Assembly (NCBI GenBank): GCA_049890075.1
Contig: JBMHCE010000055.1
Coordinates: 9,435 to 73,434 of the forward strand
Direction of reading: 5' to 3'
Length of the DNA: 64,000 bases
From: Chitinophagales bacterium
GTDB lineage: Bacteria > Bacteroidota > Bacteroidia > Chitinophagales > UBA8649
The position numbers were made by a program, and so were the translations under genes. Below are positions 36,201-45,262 of this stretch, piece by piece. Position 1 is the first letter of the stretch. Each line of letters starts with the position of its first letter. The notes below the pieces were generated by a model that did no database searches, had not been told where the DNA came from, and saw only the letters and a list, made by a program, of their open reading frames with translations.

Positions 36201-38357
36201 AGAACTCCAACAATTGATGAATGGACCCTTGAGATTTGTACGTTTGATCCCTGCGGAGCTCCGGTGACCACCAACCAGACCCTTTCAGGTTGTGCGCCTT
36301 ATACCTTCAATGGTCAGGTATATAACGCATCGACAACTATTCGCGACACACTCACCGCATCGAATGGATGTGATTCTATTGCACTTACCAATCTAGTGCT
36401 TAGTCCAAGTAGCACAGGTAGTCAAACGCTATCAGGGTGTAGTAGCGTGACCTATAATGGAACTACCTACACTAGCAGTACAACCCTCACCGAAACCCTC
36501 ACCGCATCCAATGGATGCGACTCCATTCTTACAACAAACATCATAGTTACCCCTGCCATTACCACAAATCAGTCTTTCGCAGGGTGTAATTCCTACACCT
36601 ACAATGGAACTACTTATACTACATCGACCACACTTACCGAAACCCTAACGACGGCTCAGGGCTGTGATTCAGTAGTAGTTACTGCGATTAATATCTTTCC
36701 ATCGTATAACATTGGTCAAGTGATTGAAGGATGCGACCAAGTAGTATTTAATGGCACCGTCTATACTAGTTCTACCACACTTGGTAATACCTTCACATCG
36801 GTCAACGGATGCGACTCAATTGTTGGAACACAAATCATTGTCTACAACTCAGTATCTACCACACAAAGCGTTGTAGGATGCGGTAGTGTCAGCTACAATG
36901 GCAATACGTATAATGCGACGACAGGACTTACCGAAGTATTCGCTTCTGCGACGGGTTGTGATTCCACGGTCTACACACAAATCATCGTGGAGAGTCAGCC
37001 CACAGTAAACCAAACGATTACAGGTTGCGACCAAGTGGTATATAATGGTCAGACCTATACCTCATCGACCACCGTCACCGAAATTCTACCAAGCATAGGA
37101 TGTGACACCTTACGCGTCACAGACATAGTAGTCAATAGCTCAGCAAGCTCAACTCAAACGATTACAGGGTGCGGTGTAGTGAACTATAATGGCAATACCT
37201 TTACATCCAACCAAGTCCTAACGGAAGTATTTACGACAAGTTCTGGATGTGATTCAGTCGTTACCACTACCATTCAAATTGATTCTATCGTAGTTACCAC
37301 TAGCCGTATTGAAGGATGTGGTAGTATCGATTACAATGGGCAAACCTACACGAGCAATCAGGTGCTTACCGAGATATCCTCCGATGCCAACGGATGTGAT
37401 TCAATTACCCTCGTAGAAATTGTAGTTGACCAACCGTATGTGCTGAATCAACAGTTTCAGGCCTGCGATTCATTCGTATTCAATGGTATCACCTACACGG
37501 CCTCGACTACTGTTACCGAAACGTATTCCCTCCCCTCGGGTTGTGACAGCGTTATACGAACGACACTTATTATCAATCGCTCGTCGAACTTGACTACTCC
37601 AGTAACAGCTTGCGGCTCGTACACCGTAAATGGCAACACCTATAGTCAAAGCCAGATAATCAATACCTATTACACCAATCAGTTTGGATGTGATTCCATC
37701 GTTCAGATCGATTTAACGATTCTGCCGGAGAGTTCAAGCATCGATAACATTTCCTCCTGCGAGTCCATTACCTGGATTGATGGCAATACCTACATTGTAT
37801 CTAACAATACAGCGAGTGTTGTACTTACCAATGCGCAAGGATGTGACTCTACCGTATTCTTGAATTTCACCTTAGACTTCTTTGAGACGGACATCTACTT
37901 TAGCCAAAACGGTTACCTAGCCCCGACGGCATTAGGCGATAGTTACGAATGGTTATTGTGTGATTCAGCAGGATTTACAAGCCTAGGCGAAACAGGACCT
38001 ACTTATGTTCCGTTGAGCACAGGATCCTATGCAGTCGCTGTATCTAGTCAGGGCTGCATTGACACCTCAGCATGTTTACCGTTTTATGTGACAGGTACAG
38101 GTATAATGAGCACCCTCCCCATTTTGCCTACTTTGCGTCCGAATCCGATCAATGAATCCTTATCCATTGATTTTGGAATGCGCTACGAAGCAATGGATGT
38201 CCTTCTAATAGATGCAATTGGACAAAGTGTCTTCAAACGAAAGTATTCCAATGTTCAGCGCCTTAATGAACGACTAGATCTCAGTGCAGGAGTATATTTC
38301 CTTTGGATAGAAAGTAACGATGGCGGAAGAGCGCTAATGCGAATCCTAAAAAAGTGA
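33291..38357 (+). CDS. Secreted reprolysin-like (M12B) zinc metalloprotease with P-domain, repeat stalk and T9SS type-A CTD
   Basis: Signal peptide; LRTYRLALSATGEY; AHEMGHQFNMNH; EPGSASTIMGYAG; P-domain-like DIDIRLVAPSGT..GDWNLRV; CTD PNP..GVYFL..ILKK. Confidence 0.92.
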   Translation: MRHILLTTLCLLALIPATIAQSMWQPSAEPTSIPSGAKRFIYADEAQYFELDTSLWTAVSARIPMEVNRLDARQGFQVSIPMPNGDLETFLFAESPIMEASLAAQYPEISTYVAYCPDHPEWYGKFDFTPQGFHGMILGVEGGSVFIDPVFHGPLYPTTYISYHRDNFRPAIPEQFSCDFHSDVLDASLDEERELARFGTCELRTYRLALSATGEYTAFHGGTQAQAIAAQNTTMNRVNGVFERDIAITMVIVANNDLNVYTNAGSDPFSNGNTGAMINENVTVCNNNIGSANYDIGHVFGTNSGGLAGLGVVCSSSKARGVTGSGAPVGDPFDIDYVAHEMGHQFNMNHTQNNSCNRNGGTAVEPGSASTIMGYAGICAPNVQNNSDDYFHGISLQECDALITSGGHTCPVITPLSNSEPTLTGLSTSITIPANTPFALTAAANDPDPSDVLTYCWEQMDNQTGFTMPPSSASTGGPMFRSLDPSTSPTRYFPNLQDLIAGNVSVWEVLPSVSRSMDFRVTVRDNASGGGCNDHDDLVVNVDGNSGPFLVLNPNNSGITWDASTVQNVTWDVANTSSSPVSCGSVDILLSLDGGQTFSVIASNVLNDGSESITVPNTPSSNALIMVQCANGTFFDVSDNTFVINGITNDFTITSPNANQSVCAGGSTTFPIDLTAFGTFADPVSLSVSGGGSGTSASLSANNVTPTTSVTLTVTTTTASSGTNTLTISGNSTTGTKTLDVVLDVLTAPATPTLTSPVGGATASNPTVFTWSSTPGSTYDITIFSSINPNTVAETATGLGSATYTSNSLANATTYYYLVTANNACGSATSAIESFTTSSCLTLTNTTNYVGSNNANTDVLSPITVPVSATSQVSSVRIPNMQGFITRINDIDIRLVAPSGTEIILLDYINYCNLEDDWDHGIEDGGLNLNGLPCPPTDGLIYDPENPLSTFDNELAAGDWNLRVFDWVNGRTPTIDEWTLEICTFDPCGAPVTTNQTLSGCAPYTFNGQVYNASTTIRDTLTASNGCDSIALTNLVLSPSSTGSQTLSGCSSVTYNGTTYTSSTTLTETLTASNGCDSILTTNIIVTPAITTNQSFAGCNSYTYNGTTYTTSTTLTETLTTAQGCDSVVVTAINIFPSYNIGQVIEGCDQVVFNGTVYTSSTTLGNTFTSVNGCDSIVGTQIIVYNSVSTTQSVVGCGSVSYNGNTYNATTGLTEVFASATGCDSTVYTQIIVESQPTVNQTITGCDQVVYNGQTYTSSTTVTEILPSIGCDTLRVTDIVVNSSASSTQTITGCGVVNYNGNTFTSNQVLTEVFTTSSGCDSVVTTTIQIDSIVVTTSRIEGCGSIDYNGQTYTSNQVLTEISSDANGCDSITLVEIVVDQPYVLNQQFQACDSFVFNGITYTASTTVTETYSLPSGCDSVIRTTLIINRSSNLTTPVTACGSYTVNGNTYSQSQIINTYYTNQFGCDSIVQIDLTILPESSSIDNISSCESITWIDGNTYIVSNNTASVVLTNAQGCDSTVFLNFTLDFFETDIYFSQNGYLAPTALGDSYEWLLCDSAGFTSLGETGPTYVPLSTGSYAVAVSSQGCIDTSACLPFYVTGTGIMSTLPILPTLRPNPINESLSIDFGMRYEAMDVLLIDAIGQSVFKRKYSNVQRLNERLDLSAGVYFLWIESNDGGRALMRILKK
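36270..37880 (+). repeat. About 11 tandem ~49-aa (147-bp) repeats C-x-S-x-T-YNG-x-TY...GCDS
   Basis: Eleven GCD(S/T) motifs at ~49-aa spacing in the translation. Confidence 0.88.
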
Positions 38358-38464
38358 TATATACTATTGGGAAGTACACCTCATAGAAGGTATACAAGTG
38401 GGTTTGGGCTAGATATGCCCTAAGAGAATCTGATAAAAAGAGGAGGGATTAGTTGAGAAACGAG

Positions 38465-38656
38465 TTATCCAGCAGCGTTTGACTTAGACTGCTTAAACTT
38501 CGCTTTAATCATTTCCTCACGACGCTCTACAGATGGCTTAGTGAAATGCTTACGCTTACGCAATTCCTGCATAGTCTTAACATCTCTGTGCTTACGCTTG
38601 TAACGCTTGATAGCCTGATCTACAGTTTCGTCTGGACGTACTTTAATGATTAGCAT
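38465..38656 (-). CDS. rpsU: 30S ribosomal protein S21
   Basis: MLIIKVR..DQAIKRYKRK..ELRKRKHFTKPSVERR. Confidence 0.95.
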   Translation of the reverse strand: MLIIKVRPDETVDQAIKRYKRKHRDVKTMQELRKRKHFTKPSVERREEMIKAKFKQSKSNAAG

Positions 38657-38768
38657 ACGAGTAATTCAATTTTTAAGGACTGCGAAGTTAATCAAATTAT
38701 CGAAGTATTTACACCCTTGTAGTAAAGAATAACTCAAACATCCCTTGGCTCCAGAGAAGGTTTGAGCA

Positions 38769-39671
38769 TTACCCAAATACCTGACGAGCTACTCGATAGG
38801 TATTGGCATGCGCTTCAATGATATTAGCGAGTCGTTTGGAATACCCTCCTCCCATACTTACACAGGGTACAACATCATGTTGTTTACAATATTCAAACAC
38901 TAACTCATCTCTGCGACGGCACCCTTGTATGCTGAGGGATAGACGGCCTAGTTTATCCCCTTCAATGACGTCAACTCCGCTGAGATAACAAACAAGGTCA
39001 GGCTTTACGCGTTGGAAGACTTCTTTTAGAGTTTGCTCTACAATGGCTAGATACGCCTGATCTTCGATGCCATCGTCCACCCCTATATCCCAATCTGATG
39101 TTGTCTTTCGCAAGGGATAGTTTTTTGCACCATGGACACTCAAGGTAAACACTCGGGGATCCCCTTCGAAGATGGCTGCTGTTCCATTGCCCTGATGAAC
39201 ATCTAAATCAATGATAAGAGCTTGTTGAATTTCACCCGTATGCAACAGCTCATTGATCGCAATCGCAAAATCGTTGAGCAGACAAAACCCTTCGCCGCGA
39301 TCTCTAAAGGCGTGATGTGTGCCACCCGCGATATTTAACGCGACCTCCCCTTGAAGTGCATAGCGTGCGCATTGAAGCGTACCCCCAGCAATATGTAAAC
39401 TTCGTTCAATAAGCAGTGGTGTGTAGGGAAAACCCATGGCACGGATCTCATTGCGCGAAAGCTCGCCGTGCTTGAGCTTATACCAATATTCCTCAGAATG
39501 CGTGCGCAAAAGGGTTTCCTCAGAAAGGATATCCGGTGAAAAAACATCCTCCTCGGTTATTGTCCCCTCATAGATGAGCTGTTCGTAGAGTACATCATAC
39601 TTTTCCATTGGAAAGCGGTGATTCTCCGGTAAATGAGGATATCGATAAATAGGGGAAAAAGCAACGCGCAT
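38769..39671 (-). CDS. Histone deacetylase family (Zn-dependent deacylase)
   Basis: HRFPMEKY, AGGTHHA, GEGFC, DLDVHQGNGT, GGGY. Confidence 0.93.
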   Translation of the reverse strand: MRVAFSPIYRYPHLPENHRFPMEKYDVLYEQLIYEGTITEEDVFSPDILSEETLLRTHSEEYWYKLKHGELSRNEIRAMGFPYTPLLIERSLHIAGGTLQCARYALQGEVALNIAGGTHHAFRDRGEGFCLLNDFAIAINELLHTGEIQQALIIDLDVHQGNGTAAIFEGDPRVFTLSVHGAKNYPLRKTTSDWDIGVDDGIEDQAYLAIVEQTLKEVFQRVKPDLVCYLSGVDVIEGDKLGRLSLSIQGCRRRDELVFEYCKQHDVVPCVSMGGGYSKRLANIIEAHANTYRVARQVFG

Positions 39672-39742
39672 GCAGACTACTCGATTATTCAGCAATACAA
39701 CACTGTACAGACTGACTTAGTTGATGGTGCCGCGAATAGAAT

Positions 39743-40369
39743 CTACTTGCAATTTGATCTATGCCACTCCTGTAAAACAGCGAGGTTTTTTTCCGAGAAG
39801 TTATCTTTTACTTCTTGAAGACCTATCAAGGTCTCAAAATCACTTAATGCAAAGGTTTTGTACCCTGCTTCCTCAAAAGCTTGTCTTGCCTTAGTAAAGC
39901 CATACGTGAAGATCGCACCTATGGCTACGACGTTAGCTCCTGCCGCTTCAATTGCCTTTGCGGCTTGAATCGAGCTGCCACCCGTCGAAAACAAATCCTC
40001 AATAACCACGACATCACTACCAGGCTCCACTCGCCCTTCAATCATATTTTGCATTCCATGTGCCTTTGCCTTAGATCGAACATAACAAAACGGTAATCCC
40101 AATGCATCAGCTACTAGCGCCCCATGCGCTATCCCTGCTGTAGCGACTCCTGCAACAGCATCAAATCGATACGATCTCAATGCTTCACAGAACGCCTGCT
40201 TTACTGATAAGCGAGCAACATGATCGCTTAACAAAATCCGATTATCGCAGTATATTGGAGAAAGCATTCCAGAAGACCATTGAAACATTTTATCAGGTCT
40301 TAGCTGAATTGCTTTATTTTTAAGAAGAAGATGAGCGATTAATTGGGACGATTTTGATGTGTCATTCAT
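39743..40369 (-). CDS. pyrE: Orotate phosphoribosyltransferase
   Basis: SGMLSPIYCDNR, GVATAGI, VVVIEDLFSTGGS. Confidence 0.96.
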   Translation of the reverse strand: MNDTSKSSQLIAHLLLKNKAIQLRPDKMFQWSSGMLSPIYCDNRILLSDHVARLSVKQAFCEALRSYRFDAVAGVATAGIAHGALVADALGLPFCYVRSKAKAHGMQNMIEGRVEPGSDVVVIEDLFSTGGSSIQAAKAIEAAGANVVAIGAIFTYGFTKARQAFEEAGYKTFALSDFETLIGLQEVKDNFSEKNLAVLQEWHRSNCK

Positions 40370-41039
40370 GAGAGAAAATTACAAAATATACCTCAACGGC
40401 ATCTCTGTTTATCTATGCCAGGAGAAAGCTCCCCTTGTGGTGCAAAAAAAGGATAATCCTCTGGAGATATATCCTGTTAACGGCAAGGCTACCATAAAGA
40501 AAATCATTACCGCCATTGAGGTAGGCTCACTTCGAAGCAATGTTGTTCTTTGCAGTGCAGATATTAAAAAGCTCAAAAATCAATTCTTCTCCTGCTTTAC
40601 TATGATTGAAGCTGGAGGGGGCGTTGTACGAAACAAAAAGAATGAGTATCTGCTGATTCATAGAAAAAAGAAATGGGACCTTCCTAAAGGGAAACTAGAA
40701 TCCGATGAATCACCTCGCGGAGGAGCTGTGCGAGAAGTTGAGGAGGAAACCGGTGTGCGCATCATAAACATCTATGAAAAACTCTGTAAGACCTACCACA
40801 CCTATAAGCTCAAAGACGAGTGGATTCTTAAAAAAACCCATTGGTACATGATGAAGGGGGACTCAACAAGTCAGCTTACACCACAAACAGAAGAAGGAAT
40901 TACACGCGTCGAATGGGTAGATCGGAAGATGTTTAGGAAACAAATCAAAGATTCCTACCCCACTTTTAACAGTGTGCTGATTGAAGAAAAGGCCTGGAAT
41001 AAGCGATACCAAGAGGCCGTAGCTATTCAAAAGCTTTAA
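40368..41039 (+). CDS. NUDIX hydrolase
   Basis: AGGGVV..KWDLPKGK..AVREVEEETGV Nudix box; start placed at ATG 40368. Confidence 0.92.
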   Translation: MRENYKIYLNGISVYLCQEKAPLVVQKKDNPLEIYPVNGKATIKKIITAIEVGSLRSNVVLCSADIKKLKNQFFSCFTMIEAGGGVVRNKKNEYLLIHRKKKWDLPKGKLESDESPRGGAVREVEEETGVRIINIYEKLCKTYHTYKLKDEWILKKTHWYMMKGDSTSQLTPQTEEGITRVEWVDRKMFRKQIKDSYPTFNSVLIEEKAWNKRYQEAVAIQKL

Positions 41040-41067
41040 GCTGCATCGACTAGATACACTTCAAATA

Positions 41068-42327
41068 CTAGAGCGAAAAGGCCGCTTTCACCGTATCCAC
41101 AAAATCTAGCTTTTCCCAAGGAAACAGGGTTACCTCTTTTTCGAATACTTGCCCCGAACCATTTACAAAACGCTTAGTTACAACTTCCGGAGATCTCCCC
41201 ATATGGCCGTAGGCCGCTGTTTCTTGGTATATCGGATCCCGCAACTTGAAGCGCTGTTCAATATCGTATGGGCGTAACGAAATAAGCTCTTGGACTTTTA
41301 GAGCAATCTCACCATCCGTTTGGTCCACCGTTGACGTACCATAAGTATTGATAAACAAACTGACCGGATCAGCAACACCAATGGCATAAGCAACCTGGAC
41401 TAGAACCTCCTTACACAACCCAGATGCTACAAGATTCTTAGCAACGTGCCTCGCTGCATAGGCTGCTGAGCGATCTACCTTGGAAGGATCTTTCCCTGAA
41501 AAAGCGCCTCCACCATGCCCGCCTTTACCTCCGTAAGTATCTACGATAATCTTACGACCTGTCAATCCTGTGTCTCCATGAGGACCTCCTATGACAAACT
41601 TTCCTGTAGGGTTCACATGATAGATAACCTTGTCATCCAACAGCGCGCGAATATCCTCGCCAAAGTGCGCCATGGTTCTCGGTATCAAAATTTCCTTTAC
41701 GTCCTTTAGAATACGCTGGAGCATAACGGCGTCATCGCCGTCAAATTCGTCGTGCTGCGTAGAAAGAACAATGGTGTTTATGCGCAGTGGCTTGTTATCG
41801 TCGCTATACTCTATGGTTACCTGAGCCTTAGAATCTGGACGCAGATAGTGCATTGTTGGATGACCTTCCTTACGAATACAAGCTAATTCCTCGAGTAACT
41901 TATGAGACAAGGCAAGTGCCAGAGGCATATACTCCTGAGTTTCAGAAGAAGCATAGCCAAACATAATACCTTGGTCTCCTGCTCCTTGGTCTTCAGGATT
42001 TTCTCGGTCAACGCCTTGATTTATGTCTGGAGATTGCTCATGAATGGCAGACAAGACACCACAACTGTCCGCCTCAAACATATATTCACTTTTTGTATAT
42101 CCAATCTTTCGGATTACGTCCCTCGCGATATTGGGAACATCTAAATACACCGATGATTTTACTTCTCCTGCTAGTATCACTTGGCCTGTAGTTACCAAGG
42201 TTTCGCAAGCCACTTTAGACTGAGGATCAAAGGCGAGAAAGTGATCGATTAATGCATCCGAAATTTGGTCTGCAACTTTGTCTGGATGGCCCTCAGAAAC
42301 AGATTCAGAAGTAAATAGGTAAGGCAT
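41068..42327 (-). CDS. metK: S-adenosylmethionine synthetase
   Basis: [35 protein letters not shown]. Confidence 0.98.
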   Translation of the reverse strand: MPYLFTSESVSEGHPDKVADQISDALIDHFLAFDPQSKVACETLVTTGQVILAGEVKSSVYLDVPNIARDVIRKIGYTKSEYMFEADSCGVLSAIHEQSPDINQGVDRENPEDQGAGDQGIMFGYASSETQEYMPLALALSHKLLEELACIRKEGHPTMHYLRPDSKAQVTIEYSDDNKPLRINTIVLSTQHDEFDGDDAVMLQRILKDVKEILIPRTMAHFGEDIRALLDDKVIYHVNPTGKFVIGGPHGDTGLTGRKIIVDTYGGKGGHGGGAFSGKDPSKVDRSAAYAARHVAKNLVASGLCKEVLVQVAYAIGVADPVSLFINTYGTSTVDQTDGEIALKVQELISLRPYDIEQRFKLRDPIYQETAAYGHMGRSPEVVTKRFVNGSGQVFEKEVTLFPWEKLDFVDTVKAAFSL

Positions 42328-42356
42328 TGCTACATTTTAAATCCAAAGTAATACTT

Positions 42357-42968
42357 CTAAAGAATTTCACAGGTAAAGTTGGAGGATTCCTCGAGGAATC
42401 CTTGCAGTTTATCACCGATCTCAATTGGACCAACTCCTGCTGGTGTCCCAGTGTAAATCAAGTCACCTTGTTGCACCGTAAAGTATTTACTCACTTCAGC
42501 AAGGATTCGAGAAAAGTTAAAAAGCATGAGGCTCGTATCTCCACGTTGAACGACCTCCCCATTCTTGTGAAGCGAAAAGTGGATGGGCTTTGTTAAATCA
42601 AATGACTCAACTGGTTTTAAGTCGCCTAGGAGTGCGGATTTATCAAATGCTTTAGCGATCTCCCAAGGATGACCTTTCGCTTTGAGCTCACCTTGCAAGT
42701 CCCTTGCAGTAAAATCAATCCCTAGACCAATACTATGGATAAAACTGTGGGCTACTCGCTCAGGTATAGCCTTTCCATTTTTTCCAATACGCAATACAAG
42801 TTCGCATTCATAGTGAATGCTTGAATTGAAGTTTGGAAGAAAGAAGGGTTTATTATCCTGCAAGAGAGCCGTCCTTGGCTTCATGAAAATCACTGGTCGA
42901 CTAGGAACACTATTTCCTAACTCCTGAGCATGGGCTGCGTAATTTCTTCCAATACAAAAGATCTTCAT
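42357..42968 (-). CDS. Fumarylacetoacetate hydrolase family protein
   Basis: KIFCIGRNY, HYECEL, DFTARDLQ, TGTPAGVG. Confidence 0.93.
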   Translation of the reverse strand: MKIFCIGRNYAAHAQELGNSVPSRPVIFMKPRTALLQDNKPFFLPNFNSSIHYECELVLRIGKNGKAIPERVAHSFIHSIGLGIDFTARDLQGELKAKGHPWEIAKAFDKSALLGDLKPVESFDLTKPIHFSLHKNGEVVQRGDTSLMLFNFSRILAEVSKYFTVQQGDLIYTGTPAGVGPIEIGDKLQGFLEESSNFTCEIL

Positions 42969-43537
42969 GGGCTAGGCTTTGTGTTATATACGTTCATTGT
43001 ATTGGCCAACCCTCTAAAAATAAATGACTCTGTAGCATCTGCTGCTCTATCGATTCCGAAAGACACTTCTTCTTCCTCTTTCTTATCCCATTTTCCTAAG
43101 ACAAAATCAACCTGCCTACCTCGGCTAAAATTACTCCCAATACCGAAACGAAGACGAGCGTATCGAGGGGTATTGAGTATGGCATTGATGTTTGCTATCC
43201 CATTGTGCCCCCCATCACTTCCTTTTCCTCGTAAGCGCAAAACCCCGAGATCTAAAGCCAAATCATCTACGATAACCAAAACTTTGTCTAAAGAGACCTT
43301 CTTTTGCTGCATCCAGTGAGCAACAGCTCGCCCACTTCGATTCATTAACGTGGTAGGCTTAATTAAGGTAACCTGTCGTCCACGATAGGCACCCTCTGCG
43401 ACATCTGCTAGCTTACCAGCCTCATACTGAACAGACCAGCGTTTTGCCAGGCAATCGACAACATCAAAACCTATATTATGCCTAGTATTCTTATAGGCGT
43501 CCCCTATATTACCTAATCCGACAATGAGGTACTTCAT
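42965..43537 (-). CDS. pth: Peptidyl-tRNA hydrolase
   Basis: MKYLIVGLGNIG..TRHNIGF, KPTTLMNRSG, GGHNG; start at ATG 43537. Confidence 0.96.
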   Translation of the reverse strand: MKYLIVGLGNIGDAYKNTRHNIGFDVVDCLAKRWSVQYEAGKLADVAEGAYRGRQVTLIKPTTLMNRSGRAVAHWMQQKKVSLDKVLVIVDDLALDLGVLRLRGKGSDGGHNGIANINAILNTPRYARLRFGIGSNFSRGRQVDFVLGKWDKKEEEEVSFGIDRAADATESFIFRGLANTMNVYNTKPSP

Positions 43538-43562
43538 ACACTGCCAAGGTAAGAAGAATGGC

Positions 43563-44198
43563 TTAAGCCTCTGCCTCTTGGGCTTCTTCTGAAGACGTTT
43601 CTTCTGCAGCCGTTTCCTCAACAGCACCAGCTTTAGATGCAGCAGAACGCATAGAACGAGGAACGATGACCTGAGCAATAGGGTTTCCAGGAGAATTCAT
43701 AATCTCCACTCCTTCTATCGCGTCAAGATCTCTAACCTTAACTGACTTACCCATTTCGAGATTTTCGATGTTTACCATAACCTCATCGATAAGTTTTCCA
43801 GCATCTAGTTTTACCGTTAGCTTTCTTAGATTGATTTCCAATTTACCCCCGGCTAATACTCCTTTAGATGTACCATAGGTACGAACAGGTACATTAATCT
43901 TAACTTTCTTGCCAGGTACTAACTCTTGGTAATCAATATGGATGATCTGACTCGTTACTGGATGCAAATCTAGGTCCTTAACAATACAAGGAATTGACTT
44001 CCCATCAACAGTAATATTTACCTGATAGAATTTGTCAGTAAAGATTGCTCTTCCGGCCTCGATAGCATCCACAGTAATGTGATGGTTTCCTTCACCACCA
44101 TAAATTACCGCGGGAATCAACCCTTCTTTTCGAGCTAGGTCAGCACTTCTTGCTCCTACTTGTTCACGAGCTTGGCTTGTCAATTCTAGAGTGTTCAT
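43563..44198 (-). CDS. rplY: 50S ribosomal protein L25/Ctc
   Basis: IPAVIYG, HPVT..IHIDY, GVLAGG; prs-rplY-pth synteny. Confidence 0.95.
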   Translation of the reverse strand: MNTLELTSQAREQVGARSADLARKEGLIPAVIYGGEGNHHITVDAIEAGRAIFTDKFYQVNITVDGKSIPCIVKDLDLHPVTSQIIHIDYQELVPGKKVKINVPVRTYGTSKGVLAGGKLEINLRKLTVKLDAGKLIDEVMVNIENLEMGKSVKVRDLDAIEGVEIMNSPGNPIAQVIVPRSMRSAASKAGAVEETAAEETSSEEAQEAEA

Positions 44199-45193
44199 TA
44201 TTCTTCTTTATTGTATTGATTAATAAATAACGAGTTAATCGATCGATGTTCGTGCGCATTGCGAATGGCTGTAGCAAACAGCTCTGCAGTAGATAGCACA
44301 CGAATTTTACTTGATTGCTGTTTAAGCGGAATGCTATCGGTTACAATCATTTCCGTTAGAGAGTCCGTTGAATTGATGCGATCATACGCTGGGCCACTTA
44401 ACACAGGGTGTGTACAGATAGCTCGAACGCTTCGTGCGCCGCTTTCCATAAGGAGATCAGCTGCACGACACATTGTGCCTGCGGTATCAATCATATCATC
44501 CACCAAAATGACATTTTTGTCCTCCACATTTCCAATCAGACGCATCTCACCAATTTGATTGGCCTCACTGCGATGTTTATCACAAATCACAAAGTCAGTA
44601 TTAAAGACTTGACTATACATTCGTGTTCTCTTTGTACTTCCGACATCGGGAGAGGCGAACATTAAGTTTTCTAACCCTAAGCTTTGGATATGGGGTATGA
44701 AGATGGGAGCCCCCTCAAGGTGATCTACAGGAATATCAAAAAATCCCTGAATCTGACCCGCATGGAGATCTAAGGTCATTACGCGATCTGCTCCTGCTGC
44801 GGTAAGTAGATTAGCCACAAGCTTTGCCCCAATCGATACCCTTGGTCGATCTTTTCGATCTTGACGCGCAAATCCGTAGTAAGGAATAACTGCCGTAATG
44901 TACTGTGCAGAGGCACGTCGGCATGCATCAATCATCATCAACATCTCCATCAAATTATCAGAAGGAGGATTGGTCGACTGAACCACAAAACAATATGATC
45001 CACGCACTGATTCATGAATAATGGGCTTGAACTCTCCATCGCTAAAGCGTTGAACCTCAAAATCCGCTAGCACTTCTTTGGGTGCCAGCGTTTGCCCTCC
45101 TTCATGAGAAAGTGTGCAGTAACTCTCGGCAATAGATTTCGCTATTACCTCGGAGTTTTCTCCATACAGAATATGTACTGGTGAATTTGCCAT
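44198..45193 (-). CDS. prs: Ribose-phosphate pyrophosphokinase
   Basis: FSDGE, PYYGFARQDRK, DLHAGQIQGFF, VDDMIDTAGT. Confidence 0.97.
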   Translation of the reverse strand: MANSPVHILYGENSEVIAKSIAESYCTLSHEGGQTLAPKEVLADFEVQRFSDGEFKPIIHESVRGSYCFVVQSTNPPSDNLMEMLMMIDACRRASAQYITAVIPYYGFARQDRKDRPRVSIGAKLVANLLTAAGADRVMTLDLHAGQIQGFFDIPVDHLEGAPIFIPHIQSLGLENLMFASPDVGSTKRTRMYSQVFNTDFVICDKHRSEANQIGEMRLIGNVEDKNVILVDDMIDTAGTMCRAADLLMESGARSVRAICTHPVLSGPAYDRINSTDSLTEMIVTDSIPLKQQSSKIRVLSTAELFATAIRNAHEHRSINSLFINQYNKEE

Positions 45194-45209
45194 GCTTACT
45201 TAGGGACGG

Positions 45210-45217
45210 CAAATGTA
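45210..45217 (-). promoter_or_regulatory. Bacteroidota -7 element (TACATTTG) for prs-rplY-pth
   Basis: Exact TAnnTTTG match upstream of prs. Confidence 0.7.
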
Positions 45218-45262
45218 CGCAAACTATTTCAAGAATGCGCAACTCTAAAGGCCAAATATCAA

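Noticed and set aside
36270-37880. Regularly spaced DNA repeats as a possible CRISPR array
   Set aside because: In-frame, degenerate 147-bp coding repeats; no identical repeats with unique spacers and no cas genes
38769-39671. Histone deacetylase as a eukaryotic acquisition
   Set aside because: HDAC-family deacylases are widespread in bacteria including Bacteroidota
42328-42356. Possible SAM riboswitch upstream of metK
   Set aside because: Only 29 bp of intergenic space and no recognisable aptamer
43538-43678. N-terminal extension of Pth in the ORF track (similar extensions for dapA, porD, coaC, maf, ccmE and the PLP lyase)
   Set aside because: The extensions overlap upstream genes or promoter elements; downstream ATGs match the family N-termini
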